Source: Paragordius varius (Eukaryota > Animalia > Nematomorpha). From it: 64,000 nucleotides of DNA. The stretch is from NCBI GenBank assembly GCA_964247055.1, contig OZ176057.1, positions 1,178,001 to 1,242,000 on the forward strand, written 5' to 3'. Made by a program: the position numbers and the translations under genes. A model generated the notes under the pieces. The model saw only the letters and a program-made list of their open reading frames with translations. It ran no database searches and was not told the DNA's origin. This document shows positions 26,901-37,329 of this stretch, piece by piece. Each line of letters begins with the position of its first letter. Within the stretch, counting starts at the first letter, position 1.

Positions 26901-29611
26901 TTAAGTAATAAATGCGAGAAATCTTAATAAAATTTTTTTGGAAATTTCAACATGAGGAGGCGCCAATCGGGTATGTAAATATTTATCCAAGAATAAAATG
27001 ATTTTAAAACAATAATTTGATTTCCAATTGTTAATTTGAAATATATTTTATCACAAAATATGGAGAATATTATCATTAGCCTATTATTGCAATTAAAAGT
27101 CATAGTACTTCCTATCGAGCAATTGGTTTATAAAATTAAGATGACAGTGTTAATAAGTAATAGTGTGGGGCACGTTTTGTCCTTGTGGACTCATCAGTCA
27201 CACCTAATGAAAGAATACGGGTAAACACTGTCAAATAGGATTTTGTATATATACTGAGTATTTTATTTAAGACCAATCATAGTTGGTGAAAGGGAAAACA
27301 TCCGCCAAAAAATCTGAATATTAATTACATCTGCTTTATCCTGGCTAATGGATAAAAAGGAGATATGATAATTGTCTTGATCCAACTACAATCGGTTGCC
27401 CTCACTGGGCCTTGGGTTCTCTGTTTTCTCTTTTACAAACTGTAATGATGTTAAATGTTAAAATTCTCAGTATATTTATACAAACTTTTAACTGTCAGTG
27501 TTTACCAGTATTCATTATGTGTGACTGATGAGTTTATAACAAGGACGACACGCGTTTCACACTATGACACTTGGTAAACAGTGCCATTCTAAAATTTTCG
27601 TTTCATAGAGCCACCATTTGCTTGATTAGGAAGTAACTTGTAATTGCAATGGTAGGCTAATAAAAATAATCTCCATATTAAGCAGATATAAAAAGCACGA
27701 TTTAGAAATATTTAATTTTTTATAATAATTCATTTGGTATAAATTTTATTTAACAATTTGGAATCTAATACAAAAATACATCTGTTTTATCGCATTATAA
27801 TTTTTTACCCTATTTAAATTAGGTGTGGGTTTAGAATAAATTTTATGTAAGAGTATTTTCAGATTAATGCAGGGATGTCCAACAATCAGCTTCATGGGCT
27901 GCATGCGGCCCTCTAAAATATTTTGCAGCCTGCGAAAAATTTATAAGATAGGAAATTTGATTTAAACTTATTTTTTTGAATAAATTTTTTGAACAAATTT
28001 TCTCTAGTTCCAGTCATGAAATAGTGTAAAAATGTTGAAAAATTAAGAATTAACAAAAAATATTTGTTAATGCTCGCACATTTTGTAAATGCGGCTCGTG
28101 AAGCCATTTGTGTTGGTAACTCCTGGTTTAAGGTAATATTGAAAAAATAGATATGAAAGGCAAATACCAGTTAAATTACAAAAAATATATAGTCCTTAAA
28201 TATTATATGGACGAATAAGGAAAGCCAAGCGTTGTTAATTAAGTCTGATAAATTATATTTTGTCTATTTCCATTAATAATTTGTAATGCAACAAATAAAC
28301 TTGTAATATTATATATGCAATTATGATTCAGCTATAATTATATATATTTATTATGAATTTTCGATTACTACAAGTTCGTCAAACGAAAAAAATAAAATAT
28401 AAATATAAACTACTAATTAGTTTATATTGTAATAGTTTATATGTTTAACAAAGATCATTTTTAGCAATCGAAAATTCATAATAAATTTATATAATTTTAG
28501 CTGATTTATAATTGCATATATAATAATACAATCACACTTCAGCGTAAACAATATCCAAACTTGTAATAATTTATGTTTTACAGAAAAATTGAAATTATAC
28601 GGAAGCGATAAAAAAAAGTTTGTTTTAGAAAAAGATAACCATAATTTTTTAAAAAAACATTGTTTTTCATACATTAACTATATAATTACAATATTGAATT
28701 CCAATCTACATCTATGATCCCCCTTTCGCAACCCCTATCCTAGGAATTAGATTGATATTGGTTTTAAAATGTATTGTTCTCTTTAATAATAAATATTCTA
28801 TCACGTTTTGACTGCATAATTACAATATTTACTGTAACTTTGTTTAATGTACAGCTCAAAAATATCGAAGTGTACAAAATGTCAACGTGACAGCCATCGA
28901 AGATGCGTCCGACAAAAAGAGTGTGCGCAATTTTTTTGAACTTAAAAGTCAGGTAACTTTTTTATACTTATTTATGAATTATTATTTGATATATGTGATG
29001 TTTAATATAAATATTTCTCCTGTTTAATCTTTGTTTGCTTTTATACAGTAAAACTTGAATTTATGCAGCCATAGTGTAATGACTAAAAGACAAACATTAT
29101 ATTCTAGAAGATAACCAACCATATTTTATAATTCTTTCATCGTTTTGAGTTGTCAAACGTGGGTTAGACATGCATATTGGTAATACACCCAATTATAATA
29201 TTATATATCAAAGTTTATGTTGAAAAATTTAAGGTCAGAAAGAGTATGGTTGTCTTTTCAAAAAAAAGGTTTTTGTTTTTACTAACATTTGATGTGTAGC
29301 TTTAATAATGTTAATAACCATTTTAATTTAAAATATGAATCACGTAAAGTACAATATAGGTAGGTACATTTCCCGTTTTCATCAAAATTAAACCATAAGC
29401 ATGTATGTAAACTATACAATATTGGGGAATTTTTTTCATTGTAATACAGAAAACTAAAATTGAGGAGGATTATCAAAAACAGTTGATTGACGAAAAGAAA
29501 AAACAGATTGAAACCGAAAGGGCCCGTAAAGCCAAAGAAGAGGCCGAAGCAAAAGCTAAAAAAGATGCACTAAAAGCAAAAGCTGCCCTCTTTGAATCCA
29601 AAGAGGAATGA
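23980..29611 (+). CDS. EFHD2: EF-hand domain protein, EFHD1/2 (swiprosin)-like
   Basis: Exon 23980-24184 (FEDAFYKMDQDKDKRLNYEDLKSGFERMG..PHLALKDSIKL), exon 24800-24882 (VNKSGDGKLTVPEFLMLIRKSAEADLES), exon 28855-28952 (..VRNFFELKSQ), exon 29450-29611 (coiled coil ..KAKAALFESKEE*). Two EF-hands, the NFFE motif and a C-terminal coiled coil match EFHD architecture. The exon 2/3 junction is out of phase (see findings). Confidence 0.78.
27142..27233 (-). ncRNA. Degenerate minimal type I hammerhead ribozyme motif
   Basis: Minus strand reads GUGUGA-CUGAUGA-GUCC(ACAA)GGAC-AAAAC-GUGCC-CCACAC, with stem I extended by UGACAGUGUU/AACACUGUCA. Core substitutions G12A and U16.1C. Confidence 0.7.
27493..27583 (+). 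ncRNA. Degenerate minimal type I hammerhead ribozyme motif
   Basis: GUGUGA-CUGAUGA-GUUUAUAACAAGGAC-GACAC-GCGU-U-UCACAC, with stem I extended by UGUUUACCA/UGGUAAACA. Palindromic ACGCGU stem III, A14C substitution, damaged stem II. Confidence 0.68.
27870..28125. mobile_element. hAT (Charlie-like) MITE
   Basis: TIR CAGGGATGTCCAAC...GTTGGTAACTCCTG followed internally by GCGGCCC. The flanking 8-mers GATTAATG and GTTTAAGG match 6/8, consistent with a decayed 8-bp TSD. Related ends occur at about 9620, 10390, 23215-23250, 24540 and 54930. Confidence 0.7.
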
Positions 29612-30054
29612 TTGAATGAATAAGCACATTTTAGGAGCAAGATTTTTCAAAATATCTTTGATGTAGTAATATAAATGTAAAATAAAAGGTGAGAAAACCA
29701 CATGCTATTTTATAATTAATTTTTTTTTCAAATGTTGATGCTTTTGTATTAGTTACTTCATATAATAAATGTAATTTGTGTATGATATATCCCAAAAAAT
29801 ATATTTATTTGTTGTTTAATTTAATTATAGCCTTTGAAATATACTGTCTTAATGACATATCAGATCGGGTAACCATATCAATAAAATTTAAATTATCTAA
29901 AAATTTAATTTTGTGATAAAAATATAAAAAATCACGATTAAAAATAAGTGTCTACAATAAAATATCACATGCATGTGTAATAATGACTAGAAATTATTAT
30001 CTCAACACGACCCTTCTTATGTTTTTACCGGTTTAAGACAAAAAAAAACATTTC

Positions 30055-31020
30055 TCATGTCTTTATATCACCCGTAAAGAAACATATTTGACGCATCATA
30101 TCTTGCGGTTGATCCACATGTATCCAATGCCGAGAATTTGGGATTTCAACTAATTTGGCATTTGGAAACATTTGTTTTATTGATGGTAAATCTTGGTCTG
30201 GTTCCAAATAGTCAGATTTAGATGCGTAAAGAAAGAGTGTTGGTTTTTTATACGGATGCTCCGGATTAAACGTAATCTTAGATTTGGAGATGAGTTCTTC
30301 CAAATGAGCCAAATCGAATTCCCAAGCAAAACGTTTTGGATTATGTGGATCACGCACAAGGTTAGAGATCAAAAAAGATCTAATGTCTGAATCTTTAACA
30401 TTCAACTCATTTAACATAAACTGATCAATAGCTTGACGAGAATTTAAGGTAGGTGATGTAAAATCTACAGCTTTCATTGCTTCAAAATAAAATTGTACAT
30501 CCATGGCTAGTTTCAGTTTGAGATTAGGGCTAATATCCAATAATATCAATTTGCTCAATCCTCCTTTCTGAATAGCGTTTGACTCTTCATTCAATGCTAT
30601 ATCCATAGCAACTCTACCACCCAAACTATGTCCAATTATTATATATTTGTCTAAATTTAAGCCGGTCGGCGACACAATAAATTGGTAAACCTGTCGAGCC
30701 ATTTCTCGAAGCGTAAAAGGTACGGTAGAGTGATGACTACTTCCATGCCCTGGCAAATCTAAGGCATAAACACAACGTCCAGATGTATTGGATAGTGGTT
30801 GTGCAACACTTTGCCAATTCCTTTTAGAGCCAAACAAACCGTGTAAAATTATGAATGATTCTTTGGTGTTAGATAAAGAATTATCGTTTTGCGCAATGTT
30901 AGGTGAAACTTTATAAAACGATAATTTATTGACATTTTGCGAATAGAATTTATAGTTAATACCGATGGTCAATTTTTTAAACGACTTTTGGCCAAGGCCA
31001 AAATATATCCCATGTATCAT
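30055..31020 (-). CDS. ABHD11: Alpha/beta hydrolase ABHD11, intronless, about 321 aa
   Basis: Single ORF with IILHGLFGSKRNW, YALDLPGHGSS, the nucleophile motif GHSLGG, RSFLISNL, PTLFL..SDYL and HWIHVDQP. A basic N-terminal extension resembles a mitochondrial presequence. The first ATG is at 31020; the ORF track begins at an upstream GTG. Confidence 0.9.
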   Translation of the reverse strand: MIHGIYFGLGQKSFKKLTIGINYKFYSQNVNKLSFYKVSPNIAQNDNSLSNTKESFIILHGLFGSKRNWQSVAQPLSNTSGRCVYALDLPGHGSSHHSTVPFTLREMARQVYQFIVSPTGLNLDKYIIIGHSLGGRVAMDIALNEESNAIQKGGLSKLILLDISPNLKLKLAMDVQFYFEAMKAVDFTSPTLNSRQAIDQFMLNELNVKDSDIRSFLISNLVRDPHNPKRFAWEFDLAHLEELISKSKITFNPEHPYKKPTLFLYASKSDYLEPDQDLPSIKQMFPNAKLVEIPNSRHWIHVDQPQDMMRQICFFTGDIKT

Positions 31021-33214
31021 ACGAGTCCTCACATCAAAAACATTTACACATGTAACATATCAATATAAAAGGTATTGTTTATGTACCTACTTAAAATATT
31101 ATAATCCTTAATACTTTGATTCAAATTATGGTACCTCAATACCTTATCTAAGTTGATATTTTGAAACAATATTAAAAGAAACGGCCTCATTTTTAATATA
31201 TGCTTCTATAAAATGAAATATATAAATTTAAAATTTAGTTTTGACGCCATTTTTATTTTCTAACATTTTTGCAAAATATTTATATAACACTTGGATACAA
31301 AAGATTCATTTCTTCAATTTAAATTAGGGTAGGTTGCCAGCCTGTATGATATTATATACTTAATATGGAAGGAATCAAAACCATAGCAAATGTTTTCACT
31401 TACTCTCCTGATCGAAAACATAAATGTTTTTTCAAAATTTTTAATATTAATTATTTTAATGTAAGACCTAAGGCAATAATTTAGTGAACATGCCATGTGT
31501 GCATTTAGAATTTAAAAACAAAACAAAATAAACCATTTCTCCTGTTTCTATCAATGTATTATGATGTTTAATACAGCTTTAAATTCATTCTAAATTAAAA
31601 CGATATTTTGCAAAATGTTGTAAAGTAAAAATGACAAAATTTTCAAACTTTTTTTCAAAACTAAATTTTATTTAGATATTTTGTCTTTTTACATAATTTT
31701 TATTAGGATAGCGTAAATTAAAATTACCGTTTCTTTCAATAGTTTTTTAAAAATGTTAGCTTAAATTTTGTTTGAGGTAAGATACCCCAATTTGCAAGGG
31801 TTTAATTTGAGGCTCTTGTTTTTTTTTAAATCATTTCTAACATTGATAGAACCAAAAAAACAGTTTTATTTTGTATTATTTCCAAATTGGCTAAAGCTAT
31901 GTATGTTAGATCTTCTATCTTATTTTACAGTCCGTTACCTTTTAAGCTATAAGAGCTAATTAAAATCTAAGTATGTTGAGTATTTAAGGTATTAAGCCGT
32001 ATTTAAAAATATGCTTGCGAGCCATTAGGCTCATTATGCCAAAATTAAAATAAATACAAATTGTAAAAAAAGCTCATTGGCATATATTATCTATAATTTT
32101 ATTTAAATCGCCAACAAATGTATTTTATGGTTAGTAAATGTTACAATTTACGTTTAAGAAGCTTTTAGGCTCAATTTTATCCATACAAACTTGTATTTCA
32201 TTTATTTATCTTTTCATTTCAATCGTGTTTTCAAACTGTCTTATTTTAGACTCTTACAAACTTGATATATTTTATTTTAATATAAACTGTTCTCAATCCT
32301 GTTTTGGGAACTGCCCTAATTTTGGCTATGGAAGCCATAAAACTGTAAATCTTTTTCATCTATGCATGAGAACAATGTTTGATAATTATTTAAAAGTAAT
32401 ATTCAAAACTATAGTTTACTTACAAAATTGAGCTCTGGGATATTAAAAATCTACTGAAAATATGTATTTAGCCATAATATCTAAATAAAATTTAGGAAAC
32501 AAGTTTCAAAACTTCAGCGCATTTTTATTTCACAAAATTTTTGTTAAATATCATGTTTATTTATTCTAAACTAAAATTAAAAAAGTGGGGTATTACATTA
32601 ATTTTATTTTTAGTTAATGCAACATGTGATACTGACTATACTGATTAAATTGCATTGAGGTCTATCCATAAAAGTAATATCAAGTTTTTTAAATAACTTT
32701 TTTTATAAATGTATTTAAGTGCAAACATTTGAAATGATTTCACGCCTCATATTTTTCTAAATATTTAATTTTAAACAGGCTTAACGCCCCCAAAGACCAC
32801 AATTCGTATCGGATGTAAGAATATGTTGCCAAGTGTGTAAGTAAGCCCATGGCTCTTACAAGCAAAAACCATTGTTTTAATAAATTTAAAGCTAAAATCG
32901 TGTTTAAAAGATAATTTTTGCGAAAACCGACCCGAATATACATATTAAAAACTTTCCCAAAGTAATATTAATAAACTCATAAAATAATCAATTTTAAAAG
33001 TTACTAAAAAACTGTGTCCAACTACGATAGAGGAGGGGGCCTTTGGTTTTAGCCCTTACGGATGATTTAAGAAAGTTATGGGCACGTTTGTGGCAAACGC
33101 TTCATACAAGCAGCAAAATTTGGGTTAAAGAAGTTTTTTAAAACTACTTTATTTCAACAAATATTACTAATATATATTATAAACTACTTATAAAAAGCAA
33201 AATAATATTTTTAA

Positions 33215-34170
33215 ATTTTAATTTTTAGATGTGGGATCTAAGAGTTCCAATTTTTTCGCTCTTTTAAAATGGGCCAGTTTTCTTTAAAACGCAAAAAATG
33301 CCGATATTGCGAGATAAAAATAGTTAAATATAAAATTTTGGTATCAGCTATATTTATTTTTTGGTAGAAGCATAATTTTTTCAAAAATTAAATTTTTAGC
33401 CAAATCAGATTGAAGCGTATTTATTCTATATAATTTTGTCTACCGATGCTATTGGTATAAAATGGGCGGCCAAACTCACTAATGAATAGATCCGCAATAC
33501 ACAATCAACCCTAAGATTACACTTTAAATGGTAACAAAACGGAGATTAAGCTACGGTGACCACGTATTCCGCAATAACAAATTGGAGAAAACAATCATGC
33601 AGGGCCTGGTAGAAGGTAAACTTAAAAGAGGCAGACCCAGAAAAAGATAGTCAAAATAATTAGCAGATGATATGACACCCACCTTACAATCTCCAATCTA
33701 ATCAATTTTCCTCAGACAGATCTACGGAAAATCGAAGTCCAGCAAAAAATTGTGAATATTAACTACACTGTCTTTTCATTCATTCAATAACACTCCGTCA
33801 AATTTAATGATTTTGCATTTCTATCGCTTCAGAATTTTAATCTAAAGGTTCGTTTGTTCTAAAATATTGGTGATTTTAGAAAAAATATACAATTTATATT
33901 TAACAGACATTTTTAATTAAATCCTGAGGTAACAAATATTTTCAGGATCATCGAAATATGTAAAAAAAATTTTTTTATAATATCTTAAAGTGTTATACCG
34001 TTTCCATCATACCTCAAAATAGTATGAAGTACACGTCAACAAAATTTAGCTATTAAATATATTTATAAATTTTTTATCGCGAAATCTCGGCATTTTTATG
34101 TATAATTAAGAGATTTAGCCCATTTTAGAGAAAAAAATTGAGACTTTCGAAGCCCACATCCTAAAATTAA
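33215..34170. mobile_element. Family D TIR element interrupted by a LINE 3' fragment
   Basis: Left TTTTAATTTTTAGATGTGGGATCTAAGAGTTCCAATTTTTT..AAAATGGGC pairs with right GCCCATTTTAGAGAAAAAAATTGAGACTTTCGAAGCCCACATCCTAAAATTAAAAT. Confidence 0.7.
33430..33790 (+). mobile_element. RTE-type LINE 3' fragment (decayed)
   Basis: Translates to ..DHVFRNNKLEKTIMQGLVEGKLKRGRPRKR, the typical RTE-type ORF C-terminus, and ends near a TTCATTCATTCA short-repeat tail. Confidence 0.7.
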
Positions 34171-34869
34171 AATATTGTAAAAATATAGATTTGCTTTTTA
34201 TATTTAGCCAAAAAAAATTTATATAAAAAAGTATGCATCATTTTGGTATTTTGATACTTAAAACTTATGGCATAAGTGAAATTTATATCACTCGTAACGG
34301 CTTAAACCAACAGGATAATAATCCTGATGCATTTTCCTATCAGAAAATATATATATTTCATAATGATAATTTTTATATCATTCGATACTGATTAATTTTG
34401 TGTTGCCAATGTGCAAGACCTTTTAAAGTTTTTTGAATATATTTAGATTTAACAAATATTTAAAATAAATAAAAAATTTAAGTATAGCATCTCTTTTTAC
34501 CATGTTAGTTCTACTGTTAAATTATTTAATTCTATATTAACAGGAAAGGGCAATTAAACAAAATCAATGTTGGTTGTCTAATATTATTCCTCATTGTATA
34601 TATATTAATTAATATAATAAGACAATCGCTTTAACAATCATTTATATATTTTAATGCTTTCAACATTTTAAAAATTACAAATATTATCTATATTATACCT
34701 TATCTAAACTAATAGCTTACCCTCACTTCAATTGGGCACAAACACTTGGTATATTAACATCAATGTTAATTGTTTATAAAAGATCATAAAAAGTTTCAAA
34801 CAGTAAACAAATTGATCAATCAATCTCTGACCTTTGCTACTTCAACCGAGAAAGGTCGTCAAATTGGTA

Positions 34870-35610
34870 GATATGACAATACAGTGGAAACCCTGCTACA
34901 ACCATCTAATTAACAGTCAACAAATCCATTATATTGGGAAAATTTGGCGGTTTTTGAGTACCAGTATTAAGTCGAGTATTCTTCACACGGGTAATGATAT
35001 TTATATTACAGTGGATATGCTACAACCATCTAATTAAGAATAAACAAATCAATTTCATTATCAGTCACTCTCTCACTTTGCTCCTTTTACTGGGAAAATT
35101 TGGCGGTTTATGAGTACCAGTCTAAAGTCGAGCTTTGTTCAACTGATCAGATAATGATATACATACAGTTTACCCAGCTACTTTCAATCATCCAATTCAA
35201 TTTCATCATGTATTACACTCTCACATCTGCTCCTTTTACTGGGAAAATTTGGCGGTTTATAAGTACCGGTCTAAAGTCGAGCAATTTTCACCTGATCAGA
35301 TAATGATATACATACAGTTCACCCAGCTATTTTCAATCATCCAATTCGATTTCATCATGAATCACCCTCTCACTTCTGCTCTTTTTACTGGGAAAATTTG
35401 GCGGTTTATAAGTACCAGTCTAAAGTCGAGCAATTTTCACCTGATCAGATAATGATATACATACAGTTCACCCAGCTATTTTCAATCATCCAATTCGATT
35501 TCATCATGAATCACCCTCTCACTTCTGCTCTTTTTACTGGGAAAATTTGGCGGTTTATAAGTAACGGTCTAAAGTCGAGCTTTTTTCAACTGATCAGATA
35601 TTGATATTAG
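34870..35610. repeat. Tandem array, 149-bp unit, about 4.5 copies
   Basis: GGGAAAATTTGGCGG recurs at 34936, 35092, 35241, 35390 and 35539 (spacing 156, 149, 149, 149). The right-hand units are near identical and the left-hand units diverged. Confidence 0.92.
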
Positions 35611-35969
35611 AAATAGAGTGCATACCCTACTAATTTTAACTACCTAATAAAAGATAATCTAGCACAATCCTTACATCATTGGTCAAGTTTTTCACTGTTT
35701 CCCTCTCAAAACCAGGCTGCTAAGTGTTGGTATAGCGTCGAGTCACATTGCGCTGAGTTATATTTATAACTATATCGAAATTGTTCCGAATTATAATTTT
35801 GCAATCAAGATGTTTCTTCTAAATATGCCCATAACAACATATCATCATTGATCAGATATATGAGAAGAGAATATTTAGCCAAGAAGTTTTTAAGAGTTTA
35901 TTGTTTTTAAAGATCATTTATTTCTATAGAAATAAATAGAATTATTGCAAAATTATACTCATTGATAAA

Positions 35970-36708
35970 TTTATTAACACGCTTTAGGATGAAACTAAGA
36001 TTAAAATTGTTTTATATTTGAATGTGACTGCTTTAGCAATAGCAATTCTTCGCTTTATTTCTGGCGTAGAGTTGTTCTCACTGTTGTAACTATTTACTGT
36101 TTCAATCTGGTTGGCGAGAGGATTATTGGATTTGTTTGAGCCGGATTGATTTGCATAACTTTTGTTTTTTTAAAATTGATATTAAATCCGAATTTATTGC
36201 ATTCAGTTATAAACACATGCAAAGCTTGCTATAATGTGCCTACACTGTCTGCGAATAAGACTGTATCATCCGCGTAGTGAACGGATGTAAGTAGGTTTCC
36301 ACCTACATTAATGCCATAAGTTTCTGGGAGTTTCTTATTATGCATTCGAGGTATGCGTTAAAAAGAATTGGGGATAAAACGCATCCTTGGCGTAGGCCGA
36401 CTTGTACCTTACATGAGTCAGATATACAGTGAGGTGTATTACAGCCGTGGAATTTAAGTAAATTGAGAATATGATATTGATTAGATGTGATGATACTCCA
36501 AGTTGTTTTAGAGCTTTTCGTAATTTATTGTATTGGATGAAATCAAATGCTTTGGAAAAATCGACAAAGCACCTATGCAGTTTTTTGTTGAATTCAATGT
36601 GTTTCTCGATTATCCACCTCTCTACCTTTTCAAAAACTAGCCTGAATCGTGGATATCTCGGGTTCAAGAATGGTATTTAGTCGAAATTATATTATTTTTA
36701 GGAAAACT
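35970..36708 (-). mobile_element. RTE-type LINE reverse transcriptase fragment
   Basis: KVFLKII..RLNTILEPEISTIQASF, EKHIEFNKKLHRCFVDFSKAFD, GVRQGCVLSPILFNAY, LTSVHYADDTVLFAD, GFNINLKKTKVM, EIKRRIAIAK; several frameshifts and stops. Confidence 0.88.
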
Positions 36709-37100
36709 TTGGACAACTGGTTCATGAGCGCTATGGTAGTTCCCACATTTATGTATGGGGGGGAAGCTTGACACTGAAAAAATATGACGAACGTCATATA
36801 AATTCTTTTGAATTATGGGTTTCAAAGAAACTTCAATTAAAATGGGCAGACAAAATTTTAAACACCACTATTTTAAATATAATTAACCTAGAAATGTCAC
36901 TTCTAGGCAGCTTAATAAGGCAAAAACTCTCTTTTTTCGGGCACATTATGAGAGCCAACTCACTTGAAAAATCACTGATGCTGGGAAAAGTGAGTGGTGC
37001 TCGAAAAAGAGGGAGAAGACGAACTCGTTGGATGGATAACATCCACAAAGAAACCCATCAATAATTATCCGATCTAAACACCAGATCCGGTAATCGCAGT
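36702..37100 (+). mobile_element. RTE-type LINE 3' end
   Basis: PTFMYGGEA*TLKK..INSFELW..KLSFFGHIMRANSLEKSLMLGKVSGARKRGRRRTRWMDNI. Confidence 0.88.
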
Positions 37101-37329
37101 GAATGGATAAGTTATATTTCATGCTTTTAATATTAGGTTTTAGTCATCTATGAAACATATATCGAATCCTCTAAATTTAAAATCGCAAAATCGGCACCCA
37201 GTGTGCTAAATAAAAAATTATTTGGGTGCTAAAGACTTCATTCGAAAATCAGCAAATTAGAGTAAAAACTGAAATATACACACAAAACGTAAAAAGAAAA
37301 AACCATTTTTTTTTCAAAGGAAACCCCTC

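Larger units (their letters stand above)
27057..27679. mobile_element. Inverted-repeat element carrying two hammerhead motifs; probable Penelope-like element (inverted pseudo-LTR) relic
   Basis: The reverse complement of 27057-27233 aligns to 27493-27679 (e.g. GTGTGACTGATGAGT..CAAGGAC; CCA(A/T)TTGCT(C/T)GAT(T)AGGAAGTA; TAGGCTAAT..AT(T)CTCCATATT). The arms flank a spacer of about 260 bp. Confidence 0.6.

Noticed and set aside
31021-31032. GTG start for ABHD11, implying a bacterial gene or contamination
   Set aside because: An in-frame ATG lies four codons downstream, the N-terminus is presequence-like, and the flanks are host repeats.
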